Of a stretch of DNA of 64,000 nt, positions 35,736 through 45,264 are shown piece by piece (position 1 is the stretch's first letter; each line of letters begins with the position of its first letter). The translations under genes and the position numbers were made by a program. Origin of the DNA: an uncultured bacterium. Lineage in GTDB: Bacteria > Verrucomicrobiota > Kiritimatiellia > RFP12 > UBA1067. The stretch spans positions 1,133 through 65,132 of the forward strand of contig CACWVU010000001.1 of the NCBI GenBank assembly GCA_902764415.1. The letters run 5' to 3'. The notes under the pieces are model-generated. The model ran no database searches. It saw only the letters and a list, made by a program, of their open reading frames with translations, and had not been told where the DNA came from.

Positions 35736-36850
35736 TGGCGATGCGCAAGAGACTAGGCATAGTTACCTGGTACGGAACGAATCCCAATGGGTATAATTTT
35801 GGGACCGCTCTTCAGTCATATGCGCTGCAGAGGGTGTTGTGCGATATGGGATATGATGCCAGAATGTTCTTGTTCAAGAGTCAGGGAAATAAAGGTATTG
35901 TTAAATCGGTTCTTGATTACATCGGGTTTCTTGGTGTCTTGCGTTGTGCTCGGCGTTTTATGCGCAGCGGGCATTTTTTTGAGGATGGTGCCGTTCGTAG
36001 ACTAAGGAGATGGAATAAAAGACACTATCGTGAGACAACGCAGGAGGGTGTTAGCTGCTTCGTCAGTGGGAGTGATCAGATATGGAATACTTACCACCAT
36101 TTTGACCCGCATTTTTTCTTGGATTTTGTCGGCAATGCAAAGCGGGTTTCTTACGCGAGCAGTATTGGCACAAGGGGCGTCAATCCCCAATGTGCCGAAA
36201 AGGTGAAGGGGCTTCTTTCCTCCTTCAACTACATAACGGCGAGGGAGGAGTCGGGCGCAGAAGCTCTTAGGGAGTTAACAGGCCGCAGTGACATCAGAAG
36301 GGTGCAGGATCCTACATTGCTGATGCGGCCAGATGACTGGCGCAGGTTTGGTCTAGAGGAGAATCTACATCAGAAACCGGAGCGAGAATATCTCTTGTGT
36401 TATCTTCTTTCCAAGAAGTCAGAATACATAGATCAGGTCCAAGATGTAGCTTTGAGATTGGGTTTAGATAAGATTGTCATTGTTCCGGCACTTGAAAATG
36501 AAGGTTTTTTTGTGGATGGTGCTGTGCGATACGTCAATGCGACGCCATGTGAATTCGTCCGTTTAATAGATGAGGCTAAATTTGTATGCACAGACAGTTT
36601 CCACGCAACTGTACTCAGCATGTTGTTGTCCAGGCCGTTTGTTGAATTTATGAGGTTTGACGACGGCGACACACATTCCCAGAATTCGAGAATCTACGAG
36701 ATTCTGGGCAGATACGGGCTTATGGAGAGGATATATAACCATGATTCTGAAAAATGGACGGAGTCGATTGATTATGTGCCTATTCATAGCGCGATGGAAT
36801 GCGATCGCGAGGAGAGTCTGGCTTTGCTCAGGAAGATGATAGAGGAATGA
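35735..36850 (+). CDS. Polysaccharide pyruvyl transferase family protein
   Basis: ATG 35735 shares one base with the upstream stop (TGATG). GIVTWYG..NYGTALQSYAL N-terminus and the DSFHATVLSML region. Confidence 0.7.
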   Translation: MAMRKRLGIVTWYGTNPNGYNFGTALQSYALQRVLCDMGYDARMFLFKSQGNKGIVKSVLDYIGFLGVLRCARRFMRSGHFFEDGAVRRLRRWNKRHYRETTQEGVSCFVSGSDQIWNTYHHFDPHFFLDFVGNAKRVSYASSIGTRGVNPQCAEKVKGLLSSFNYITAREESGAEALRELTGRSDIRRVQDPTLLMRPDDWRRFGLEENLHQKPEREYLLCYLLSKKSEYIDQVQDVALRLGLDKIVIVPALENEGFFVDGAVRYVNATPCEFVRLIDEAKFVCTDSFHATVLSMLLSRPFVEFMRFDDGDTHSQNSRIYEILGRYGLMERIYNHDSEKWTESIDYVPIHSAMECDREESLALLRKMIEE

Positions 36851-36851
36851 T

Positions 36852-37805
36852 ATGAATAAACCTGTAGTTACCATTGGCATACCGGCCTTTAAGGGAGGAC
36901 ACTTCGAAGAAGCGTTGCAGTGCTGGAAGCGTCAGACGTTCGCAGATTTTGATGTATTTGTTCAGGACGACTGTTCTCCAGATAATCTGAGGGGAATCTT
37001 TGAAAAGGTTTGTGGCGATGATCCTCGCTTCCACTTTGAACGAAACGAGATTGGAACTTATCCTAACTTCGTAGACAACTGGCACAAGACGCTTGATAAG
37101 GCGGATGGAGAATTCTTTGTGCTAGGGTCTGATGATGATCTATATGAACCGAATTTCTTGGAGGAAATGCTTCGTCTGGAGAAGAAATATCCCAGTGTAG
37201 ACATGTTTAATGCGCACCATGATCTTTTCGATGAAAAGGGTATCGTTTATCTTTCGCCTAGAGGGGCTGAGTATGAACGACAGATTGAATGGATATATGC
37301 CTTGGTGTGCTTTAGACGCTATGAGGTCGCGCAAAGTGTAATGGTTCGGACGGAGGCACTGCGTAGGGCTGGAGGGTTTGTTAATTTGCCAGCTGGGTGG
37401 GGCGCGTGTGATTGGTTAAGTTGGTGCAGACTTGCAAAAAACGGAGTGGTGAATTCGTCCAAACGTTTGATGCACTGGCGCATGGATGGGGGGAATACAT
37501 CCTTTAATCAGTCTCCGGCAAGTCTTCAAAACAAGATAGAGGCGATAATGCTGGCAAGGCCGATGTGGATTGACATGGCAAATCAACTAAAGCCAGACAA
37601 TGAGGAAGAGCGGTACATGGTAGATGCCATACGCAACAAGCTCTCAACGGGGTTTCATGACTGGCTTGGGTTCCCTACATACCGAAACCTTCCATTTGGG
37701 CCATATGTGCGACTCATGTGGAGGTTGTACAAGGATGGTGTAATTAGTTTCCGGAGATTCATTGCGGAGGTTCGTTATGGAGCTAGGAGGGTTTTGAAGA
37801 AATGA
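36852..37805 (+). CDS. Glycosyltransferase family 2
   Basis: TIGIPAFKG...QTFADFDVFVQDDCSPD, LGSDDD. Confidence 0.8.
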   Translation: MNKPVVTIGIPAFKGGHFEEALQCWKRQTFADFDVFVQDDCSPDNLRGIFEKVCGDDPRFHFERNEIGTYPNFVDNWHKTLDKADGEFFVLGSDDDLYEPNFLEEMLRLEKKYPSVDMFNAHHDLFDEKGIVYLSPRGAEYERQIEWIYALVCFRRYEVAQSVMVRTEALRRAGGFVNLPAGWGACDWLSWCRLAKNGVVNSSKRLMHWRMDGGNTSFNQSPASLQNKIEAIMLARPMWIDMANQLKPDNEEERYMVDAIRNKLSTGFHDWLGFPTYRNLPFGPYVRLMWRLYKDGVISFRRFIAEVRYGARRVLKK

Positions 37806-38653
37806 AACTAACCTGTGTTACGGCTACATTTAACTGCATTAAGGCGGGGAATCGGGAAAGGTTGATCCGGTGTGTTGAGTCTGTCGCGAAACTGAAGACA
37901 GCGCACGAGCACTTAGTCTACGATGGTGCATCAACAGATGGAACTGCAGAACTGCTGCACGAGCTGGAGGCGAAAGCCCCTGGGCTTAAGGTCGTTTCAG
38001 AACCAGACGCTGGCGTTTATGATGCGCTGAACAAAGGTCTGCGCGCAGCGAAAGGCGAGTGGTTCTATGTGCTGGGGGCAGATGATTTTATTGTCCATCC
38101 CGAAGTTCTCGACGACATATTCAAAAGCGATATCAAAGCTTCGGCGATTGTTTCACCAGTCGAGCGTGACGGAGGGTATTCATTCTTCAGGTCAAAAAAG
38201 GATTTGCGGGTAATTTTCTGGGGGGTTCCATATAGCCATCAAGGTCTGCTTGTCCGGACTGAGTTGATGAGGCAGAAGGGTGGCTTTGACATGCGCTACA
38301 AGATCTGCGCAGATTGGGATTTCATGCTGAAGATGCACGAGTCAAATGTGCGGTTTGACTATAGGCAAGCCCCGTTCGCATATTATTCTTCTGGTGGAAT
38401 GTCTGAGATTGCCGGTGCTGGCCGGAAAGAGGTAGCGGCCGTTCTGTCAGAGCATCTGCGGTTGTCTGAACATGAGAAGAGAATGCTTGTTGAGCGTCGC
38501 GTTCTCCCTATCGTGAAGATGCTTCCATACATGTTCCATTCCGATCTTGCCTTCCGATTGGGCGCTCGATATATGATACTTCGGCGTCTGCTGGATTTGT
38601 GCGGTCTCATTGATTCGAGTGGAGCGCCGCGGCTGAGGAAAGGATTGAGATAG
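37802..38653 (+). CDS. Glycosyltransferase family 2
   Basis: ATGA overlap with the upstream gene. CVTATFN...YDGASTDGT, LGADDF. Confidence 0.75.
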   Translation: MKLTCVTATFNCIKAGNRERLIRCVESVAKLKTAHEHLVYDGASTDGTAELLHELEAKAPGLKVVSEPDAGVYDALNKGLRAAKGEWFYVLGADDFIVHPEVLDDIFKSDIKASAIVSPVERDGGYSFFRSKKDLRVIFWGVPYSHQGLLVRTELMRQKGGFDMRYKICADWDFMLKMHESNVRFDYRQAPFAYYSSGGMSEIAGAGRKEVAAVLSEHLRLSEHEKRMLVERRVLPIVKMLPYMFHSDLAFRLGARYMILRRLLDLCGLIDSSGAPRLRKGLR

Positions 38654-38656
38654 CCA

Positions 38657-40471
38657 ATGACCATGCTGACAAAAGAGTTTTTGGCGGGGTTTGAACTCAT
38701 CAGCTTCGATGTGTTTGACACGTTGCTGCTGAGGCCGTTCGCGAGGCCGACGGACCTTTTCCGGAAGCTCGAACACGACACCGGGGCGAATGGGTTCGCC
38801 GAGGCGCGAATTGCCGCGGAGAAAAGGGCGAACCGCCGCGCGCGGCAAAATGGGCTGACGGAGGCGAGGTTCGACGAAATCTACGCCGAGATCCCCAAGT
38901 GGGCGGCGATGAAGGAGAAGGAGCTGGAGGCGGAGCGCCAGTGCCTCGTTGCCAATCCGGAGGTCGTGGCAGTCTGGAACGCGGCGAAGGCGATGGGCAA
39001 GAAAGTCGTCATCGCGTCTGACATGTATCTGCCGGCGCCGTTCCTGAAGGATGTCTTGACTTCCAATGGCATTGACGGATGGGATGGATTCTATCTCAGC
39101 AACGAATGTCAGGCGCAGAAGTGGTCCGGAGCCCTGTATGACCTGGTGCTGAAGGATTTTGGACTGCCGCCGGAGAAGGTGCTGCATATCGGCGACAACA
39201 ACCATTCCGACGTCCTGTCGGCAAATCAGCGAGGAATCGTCGCCTACGGCTATCAGAAGGTGATCGACAGGTTCTTTGCCGAATGTCCGTTTGCAAAGCC
39301 GTTCTCCAGAGCCGGGGAAAACGACTTCCTGTGCGGCGCGTTGTCCCTGGGTTGGCATCTATACAAGTTTAACCATCCGGACTGGACGTACTGGAACCGG
39401 CTGGGATTCCTTTTTGCCGGCGTCTTGGGGTTCGCGTACATGAGCATGGTGGGCGAGGACGCCAGGCGCCGGGGCATGGACCGCCTGCTGTTCGTCATGC
39501 GTGACGGATACGTGCTGGAGCGGATATTCAAGATGCTGTTCCCGGATTTGCGGACGGATTTGATCTGGGGGTCGAGGGCGCAGGCCGTTCTTGCGACCCG
39601 GTACATGGGGCGTACCGCCATTGGAATCGATGCGCGGCGGAAATACATTCTGAAATGCCTGAGGGACAGGCTCGGCGTTAGTCTGAGCGATTGCGAGGAG
39701 TCGGAATATCTTCAGACTGGGAAGTTGCCGCGACATGCGGACAGCGCCCTTGATCAGGCTGGCAGAGAAGTCGCGAATGAGGTCAAGGCATACGTCGAGC
39801 AGTTCCAGATAGACCCGGTGCATACGGCGATAGTTGACGGCACCTCTACGCATTTCACGATGCAGCGCTTTTTTGGCAGCATGGTCGGCAGAGACCTCTT
39901 TACATATTACCTGTTCACCAATCTTCCGGTGGAGAACGGGCTGACAATGACCTGCGCGGACTGGGATCTGCGGTATCTGAGGTTCGCCGAGTTCCTGTTC
40001 GGGTCGCCGCATCCGCCGCTGGAGGGAATCAGGGACGGCAAAACCGTGTTTGCGGAAGAGGTCCATGTCTTCGAGCGCTTCAAGATGCAGCATAGCGAGG
40101 AGATTGCCGCTGGCGCGGCAGATTGCGCGGCGGTTTTGAAGCGGTTCGGGGTTGGAGTGTCGCATTCGCTCTGGATGGACTGGAACGACGCTTTCATGGA
40201 CAATCAGTCTCCGGAGGATTGCGAGCACATGGCGTTGGCGCGGGATTCAATCGCCATCGACCACACAAAGGAGTTCTCGCCGGTGATTGTGCCACCGGCG
40301 GCGAGGGTTCCGGTCGTCAAGGTGTTTGGCCGGACACTGCTTGGCGCGAGAAGGTGCAGAATCGGGACTGTCAGGAGCGTTGAAGTGTATTTCCTGAATC
40401 GCATCCGCATTGCCAAGTTCAAGCGCAGGGCTTTGTTTAATCGCATAGAGAAACTGGTGTTGAAGCGGTGA
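38657..40471 (+). CDS. HAD-superfamily hydrolase domain protein with ~400 aa uncharacterised C-terminal region
   Basis: Motif I FDVFDTLL, motif IV HIGDNNHSDV. 604 aa. Confidence 0.6.
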   Translation: MTMLTKEFLAGFELISFDVFDTLLLRPFARPTDLFRKLEHDTGANGFAEARIAAEKRANRRARQNGLTEARFDEIYAEIPKWAAMKEKELEAERQCLVANPEVVAVWNAAKAMGKKVVIASDMYLPAPFLKDVLTSNGIDGWDGFYLSNECQAQKWSGALYDLVLKDFGLPPEKVLHIGDNNHSDVLSANQRGIVAYGYQKVIDRFFAECPFAKPFSRAGENDFLCGALSLGWHLYKFNHPDWTYWNRLGFLFAGVLGFAYMSMVGEDARRRGMDRLLFVMRDGYVLERIFKMLFPDLRTDLIWGSRAQAVLATRYMGRTAIGIDARRKYILKCLRDRLGVSLSDCEESEYLQTGKLPRHADSALDQAGREVANEVKAYVEQFQIDPVHTAIVDGTSTHFTMQRFFGSMVGRDLFTYYLFTNLPVENGLTMTCADWDLRYLRFAEFLFGSPHPPLEGIRDGKTVFAEEVHVFERFKMQHSEEIAAGAADCAAVLKRFGVGVSHSLWMDWNDAFMDNQSPEDCEHMALARDSIAIDHTKEFSPVIVPPAARVPVVKVFGRTLLGARRCRIGTVRSVEVYFLNRIRIAKFKRRALFNRIEKLVLKR

Positions 40472-40514
40472 CGCGGCATGTTGCGTGAATCCTTCTGCGC
40501 GGCGTGGCGAAATA

Positions 40515-40523
40515 TGGTAAAAT
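40515..40523 (+). promoter_or_regulatory. Extended -10 promoter (TGGTAAAATACACGC) for the IspD-SDR-LicD module
   Basis: tggtaaaat at 40515-40523 followed by acacgc. SD AGGAGG at 40554-40559, ATG 40564. Confidence 0.55.
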
Positions 40524-40563
40524 ACACGCAGCTAAAGGGGTGAGAAGGGAATCAGGAGGCGGA

Positions 40564-41286
40564 ATGACGGTGGCGATAGTGATAGCGGGCGGCGTCGGCT
40601 CTCGGATGGGCGCGGACATCCCCAAGCAGTTCGTGCTTGTCGACGGCAAGCCGGTGCTCTTCTACACCCTGGAGGCGTTTGAGCGGCATCCGCTCGTGGA
40701 CGCCATCGAACTGGTGCTGATCGAGGGCTGGGAGAAGGACGTCGACGCCTGGAAGGAGCAGTACGGCATAACCAAGCTCAAGTGGGTGGTCAAGGGTGGG
40801 GCGACCGGCCAGGAGTCGATCCGGAACGGCGTCTTCGGGCTCGAGGGGAAGTGCGCCGCCGGCGACATCGTGGTCGTCCACGACGGGATTCGTCCGCTGG
40901 TCGAGACGAGCGTGCTCGACGACGTGATCGCCAAGGCGAAGGAGTTCGGCACCGGCGTCACCAGCATGCCCTACAACGAGCAGATATTCCTGGTGGACGA
41001 GCGGGACCCTGCGGTCACGCGCAAGTACATTCCGCGCGAGACGCTGCGCCGCGTGGCGACGCCGCAGGCCTACCGGTTCGACCTGCTCGACCAGGCGTAT
41101 CACGAGGCGTTCGAGCGCAAGATCGGCATCTACGGCTCCTCGTACACGAACACGATGATGGTGGAGCTCGGGCACGAGCTTCATTTTGCCGCGGGCAGCG
41201 ACACCAACATGAAGCTGACCACGCCCGGCGACCTGGAGATATTCAAGGCGTATCTGGCTGGGCGAAAGGAGCGGCATGTATCCTGA
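40564..41286 (+). CDS. IspD/TarI-family cytidylyltransferase (CDP-alditol or MEP cytidylyltransferase)
   Basis: IAGGVGSRMG..IPKQF, VHDGIRP. The LicD/SDR context favours a TarI-like role. Confidence 0.8.
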   Translation: MTVAIVIAGGVGSRMGADIPKQFVLVDGKPVLFYTLEAFERHPLVDAIELVLIEGWEKDVDAWKEQYGITKLKWVVKGGATGQESIRNGVFGLEGKCAAGDIVVVHDGIRPLVETSVLDDVIAKAKEFGTGVTSMPYNEQIFLVDERDPAVTRKYIPRETLRRVATPQAYRFDLLDQAYHEAFERKIGIYGSSYTNTMMVELGHELHFAAGSDTNMKLTTPGDLEIFKAYLAGRKERHVS

Positions 41287-42271
41287 CCTGAAGCCGCTCG
41301 AAGGCAAGACGCTGCTCGTCACCGGCGGCACCGGGATGATCGGGAAGTGGATGATCGACCGGCTGCTGGACGAGGTGGACTGCCGGATCGTCGTGACCGG
41401 GCGGAGCCGGGAGAAGTTCGACGAGCGGTTCCCGGGGCGCAGGCTCGGGTTCGTCAGGTGGGACATCGCGCACGAGCGCATTCCGGCGATAGACGGTCCG
41501 GTCGACTACATCGTGCACCTCGCGAGCAACACGCATCCGGTGGCGTACGCGACGGATCCAGTGGCGACGATCGCGATGAACGTAACCGCCGCGAAGGAGC
41601 TGCTCGACCTGGGCGTGGAGAAGAAGGTCGCGCGGTTCGTGTACGCGTCGAGCGTGGAGGTGTACGGGCAGAACCGCGGCGACGTGGAGAGGTTCGCCGA
41701 GGACTACTGCGGCTACATCGACTGCAACACGCTGCGGGCGGGATATCCGGAGTCGAAGCGCTGCGGCGAGGCGCTGTGCCAGGCATACGCGAAGCAGTAC
41801 GGGCTGGACGTCGTCATCCCGCGCATCGCCCGCGTGTACGGTCCGACGCTGCTCAAGACCGACACCAAGGCGCTGAGTCAGTTCATCGCCGACGCGCTGG
41901 CCGGCCGGGACATTGTCCTCAAGAGCGAGGGGATGCAGTATTACTCCTATCTTCACGTGGACGACGCCGCGGGCGGAATCCTCTTCGCGATGCTCCGGGG
42001 AGGGCGCGGCGAAGCGTACAACGTGGCGGACGAGCGCAGCGACATCCGCCTCCGCGACCTGGCGGCGCTGATTGCGCGCGAGTGCGGGCGGAAGGTGGTG
42101 TTCGATCTGCCGACGGCGGCGGAGGCGGCCGGGTTCAGCACCGCGACTGTCGCGCGGCTCGATCCCGGCAAGATCGCCGCGCTGGGATGGAAGGCGGACT
42201 GGGGGATCGAGGAAGGCATCCGCCAGACCCTGCGCGAGCTGGCCGGGGGCAAACGAACGGAGGCGAGATGA
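41276..42271 (+). CDS. NAD-dependent epimerase/dehydratase-family SDR
   Basis: LLVTGGTGMIGKW, YPESKRCGE (YxxxK). Overlaps the upstream gene by 11 nt. Confidence 0.8.
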   Translation: MYPDLKPLEGKTLLVTGGTGMIGKWMIDRLLDEVDCRIVVTGRSREKFDERFPGRRLGFVRWDIAHERIPAIDGPVDYIVHLASNTHPVAYATDPVATIAMNVTAAKELLDLGVEKKVARFVYASSVEVYGQNRGDVERFAEDYCGYIDCNTLRAGYPESKRCGEALCQAYAKQYGLDVVIPRIARVYGPTLLKTDTKALSQFIADALAGRDIVLKSEGMQYYSYLHVDDAAGGILFAMLRGGRGEAYNVADERSDIRLRDLAALIARECGRKVVFDLPTAAEAAGFSTATVARLDPGKIAALGWKADWGIEEGIRQTLRELAGGKRTEAR

Positions 42272-43107
42272 AGATTCCGGTAGGATACATGGACAGAAGG
42301 CGCGAGGGCGATACGGTCCTCAGGCAGACGCAGTTGGTGCTTCTGCACCTGCTGCACGTCATTGACCGGATCTGTAGCGAGAACGGGATTCGCTACTGGC
42401 TTGCCTGGGGTTCGTGTCTGGGGGCGATGCGGCACGACGGCTTCATTCCGTGGGACGACGACCTGGACATCGGCCTTTCTGTAAAGGACTTCAAGCGGCT
42501 GATCAAGCTTCTGCCGCGGGAACTGCCGGAGGATGCGCGCCTGCAGGTTCCGGCGGACTGTCCCAAGGTGGCGATTCCGTTTCCAAAGGTGCGGGACTGC
42601 AGTTCGTTCCTGTTTGAGTCGCGTCCGGACATCAGCACGGCCGATCCGAGCGGAATCTACATCGACATCTTCCCGTTTGTCGAGATTCCGAAGGTTCCGA
42701 AGGTGGTGTCGGATGTCTTTTACACCGTCTGCGGATCGTCGTACCACCGCTATCACTTCTTCCTCAACAAGGGAGCGCGCTCGGTGCGGAGTGCGCTGTG
42801 GTGCGTTCCGCTGGCGGCGGCGTGTCGCGTGGTGAACCTGGCGGCGAAGGGGGTGCTGTGGCTTTTGCGGAAGATTCTTCCATGTCCGTATGTCGGAGAC
42901 GTCTTCGACCACGGGTGTAGTTTCCGCTATCGGAAGGAATGGTTCCTGTCGACGAAGATGCACAAGTTCGAAGACGGGGAGTTTCCGGTGCCGGTTGGAG
43001 CGGAGGACTATCTTTCGGTCCGCTACGGCGACTGGCACGAGATCCCGCCGCCGGAGGAGCGTCCGAGCCACGCGCGGATAGTCGACCCATTCCGCGCGGC
43101 GATGTAG
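42268..43107 (+). CDS. LicD-family phosphotransferase
   Basis: ATGA overlap. YWLAWGSCLGAMRHDGFIPWDDDLDIGL is the LicD signature. Confidence 0.85.
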   Translation: MKIPVGYMDRRREGDTVLRQTQLVLLHLLHVIDRICSENGIRYWLAWGSCLGAMRHDGFIPWDDDLDIGLSVKDFKRLIKLLPRELPEDARLQVPADCPKVAIPFPKVRDCSSFLFESRPDISTADPSGIYIDIFPFVEIPKVPKVVSDVFYTVCGSSYHRYHFFLNKGARSVRSALWCVPLAAACRVVNLAAKGVLWLLRKILPCPYVGDVFDHGCSFRYRKEWFLSTKMHKFEDGEFPVPVGAEDYLSVRYGDWHEIPPPEERPSHARIVDPFRAAM

Positions 43108-43173
43108 ACGCAGGGGGGGGGCTGGCCCCGAATTGCCTGGATTTTCAATACTATAGCGCACGGCGATAAGGGC

Positions 43174-43257
43174 TGATGGTGCTAAAAAGTGCAAAACTCA
43201 TTCGCTTGATGGTGCTAAAAAGTGTAGCCCGCTATTGCATGATGGTGCAGAAAAGTG
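43174..43257 (+). repeat. Three copies of TGATGGTGC(T/A)(A/G)AAAAGTG at exact 33-bp spacing upstream of ATPase cassette 1
   Basis: Copies start at 43174, 43207 and 43240. The third overlaps the -35/-10 spacer. Confidence 0.9.
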
Positions 43258-43263
43258 TATACT
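43235..43263 (+). promoter_or_regulatory. Promoter with apparently leaderless start
   Basis: TTGCAT (43235-43240), 17 nt spacer, TATACT (43258-43263), then acacgcc and ATG 43271. No room for an SD. Confidence 0.55.
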
Positions 43264-43270
43264 ACACGCC

Positions 43271-44623
43271 ATGAAAAGGGATTCTTACATCAAAAAACTT
43301 GAGGAATGGAAGCTTTCGCCGCGGAGAAAGCCACTTATCCTAGAGGGTGCGCGTCAAGTTGGGAAAACTTGGCTAATGATGGAGTTTGCCAAGACGCATT
43401 ACAAGAACTTCGTATATGCCCGATTTGATAAGGACCAGACCTTGCGTAGGATATTCTCATCAGATTTTGACATAGGGCGTATCGTGCGTGAACTTGAGAT
43501 TCTGTTTCATGCAAGAATCTGTCCAGATGATACCGTTTTGCTATTTGATGAAATCCAGGCCTGCCGAAACGCGCTGACCTCGTTGAAATATTTTTGCGAG
43601 GATCGTCCAGACCTTCATGTCATAGCCGCAGGATCTCTTCTTGGTTTGACATATCGTGACGACAATCAGAAGGATGAAGATGTCGGAGAGACTACCGGAT
43701 TCCCCGTCGGCAAAGTCAACACCATGCCGGTATATCCTCTGTCATTCAACGAGTACTTGGTGGCGTCGGGCGAGGAAGAAATTGCCGCGGCGATTCACAA
43801 TGAAGAGTGGAGCATTTTGAATTCACTTCATGGACGCGTGATCGACAAATTGCGCTATTATTATGTAATTGGCGGGATGCCTGAAGCGGTTGCGTCCTAT
43901 GTTGAATCGCAAAACTTTTTGGATGTGCGGGAGATTCATCGTGAAATTCTGGAAGGGTATCGTCGTGACATTTCCAAACATGCTCCGAAGTCCGATGTGA
44001 GGAAGATTGAATTGTGCTGGCAATCCATTCCGGCGCAGCTTGCGAAGGAGAACAAGAGATTTTCCTATGCCAAACTCAAGAAGGGTTCGAGAGCGGCAGA
44101 ATTCCGAGATCCAATCGCATGGCTCGAGGATGCTGGGTTGATAGGCATCAACCGTCGGGTAGTTGCGCCGCAGATACCGCTTGATGCCTATTCCAACGGC
44201 GGATTCAAGGTTTACGCTCTTGATGTCGGGTTGCTGTCTACGATGTCCGGGTTGGCGCCAGAAGTCATTTTGCAGGGGTCGCGCGTGTTTCGCGAATTCA
44301 AGGGCGCACTTGCCGAGCAGTATGTCTTTCAGCAGATGCTTGCCGTCGCTGATTTGCGGCCTTGCTACTGGAGTACGGACGATTCGAGGACGGAAATTGA
44401 TTTTGTTTTCCAGAAAGGCATGGCCATTTGTCCGCTTGAAGTAAAATCAGGCGGCAATGTAAGATCGCAAAGCTTGAAGTCGTATATTCGCAGATATCGC
44501 CCCGACGTGGCTTACCGCGCATCCATACTGCCGTATGAAAAACAGGAGGTGACGCTTGATGATGGCCGCAAATGTCTTTTGATCAATTTGCCGCTCTATG
44601 CTGTCACTTCCTGCGCAGAGTAG
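43271..44623 (+). CDS. AAA+ ATPase, AAA_14 + DUF4143-type (cassette 1)
   Basis: Walker A EGARQVGKTW, Walker B VLLFDEIQ, 450 aa. Architecture typical of the ATP-binding protein / DUF4143 family. Confidence 0.75.
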   Translation: MKRDSYIKKLEEWKLSPRRKPLILEGARQVGKTWLMMEFAKTHYKNFVYARFDKDQTLRRIFSSDFDIGRIVRELEILFHARICPDDTVLLFDEIQACRNALTSLKYFCEDRPDLHVIAAGSLLGLTYRDDNQKDEDVGETTGFPVGKVNTMPVYPLSFNEYLVASGEEEIAAAIHNEEWSILNSLHGRVIDKLRYYYVIGGMPEAVASYVESQNFLDVREIHREILEGYRRDISKHAPKSDVRKIELCWQSIPAQLAKENKRFSYAKLKKGSRAAEFRDPIAWLEDAGLIGINRRVVAPQIPLDAYSNGGFKVYALDVGLLSTMSGLAPEVILQGSRVFREFKGALAEQYVFQQMLAVADLRPCYWSTDDSRTEIDFVFQKGMAICPLEVKSGGNVRSQSLKSYIRRYRPDVAYRASILPYEKQEVTLDDGRKCLLINLPLYAVTSCAE

Positions 44624-44630
44624 TGCTGTT

Positions 44631-44643
44631 GGGGACTGTCCCC
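44631..44643. repeat. GGGGAC-N-GTCCCC palindrome
   Basis: ggggactgtcccc, 8 nt after the stop of ATPase 1. Same core at 46733-46745 (ggggacggtcccc) and 30425-30437. Confidence 0.8.
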
Positions 44644-45055
44644 ATTGGCTGCCATAGTTTCATTCGCGAGGTAATAAACTCCGATCCGTGGGGCTCTCGC
44701 GGCCTTCGGCTGTCTCGCTTCGCTCGGCTGTCCCGCTCCGCAGAATGGACTATGCTTCGCATTTGACATTCGTCTTACACGGTCATACTGACCTTGTTTT
44801 ATATCTGCGGCTTCGTCGCAGGGGGTCTGGGGGATGTGCCCCCAGATATAAAAACTGGCAACAATGGAATTGTAAGCATGGTTGTCCTGGGCGAAGCTGC
44901 GGAGCGGGAATGCGCCCGCGCCGAAGGCGCCGGGTCGGCCGAGGGCGAAGCCCGAGCCGCGTAGCGGCCGCAAGGGCCCGCGCGGGAGCCACAACCATCG
45001 GAGTTTAAAACAACAGCAGCAAGGAGCCTGAGTTCGCGCACGAGGCGGCGAAATT

Positions 45056-45064
45056 TGGTATACT
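45056..45064 (+). promoter_or_regulatory. Extended -10 promoter (TGGTATACT)
   Basis: tggtatact at 45056-45064, upstream of the short NTase-like ORF. Confidence 0.45.
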
Positions 45065-45098
45065 ATACATCACAAAAGACAATAGGGAGTGAGTTGTC

Positions 45099-45251
45099 AT
45101 GCCATCCGCGAACGAACGATTGCTGAATCCAGACTACCGGGACATGGTCGAGTGCCTTTTGAAGGAAGGCGTAGATTTCATGCTCGTTGGTGGGTATGCC
45201 GTTGAGTTTTACGGTTGGACATTGCCGACGCGCTGGCGTTGGAGAATCTGA
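45099..45251 (+). pseudogene. Truncated nucleotidyltransferase-like fragment (50 codons)
   Basis: Hand translation MPSANERLLNPDYRDMVECLLKEGVDFMLVGGYAVEFYG..., then an early stop. Resembles the N-terminus of small NTase-fold proteins. Below the ORF-track size cut-off. Confidence 0.3.
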
Positions 45252-45264
45252 AGGCGAGGTGAGG

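Noticed and set aside
41347-42267. 5' part of the 586-aa ORF 41347..43107, and similar long alternative-frame ORFs (28511..30100, 15879..16865, 30968..31978, 45762..46616)
   Set aside because: Each overlaps a gene with clear family motifs in another frame and has Arg/Gly/Pro-dominated composition. These are high-GC open-frame artefacts.
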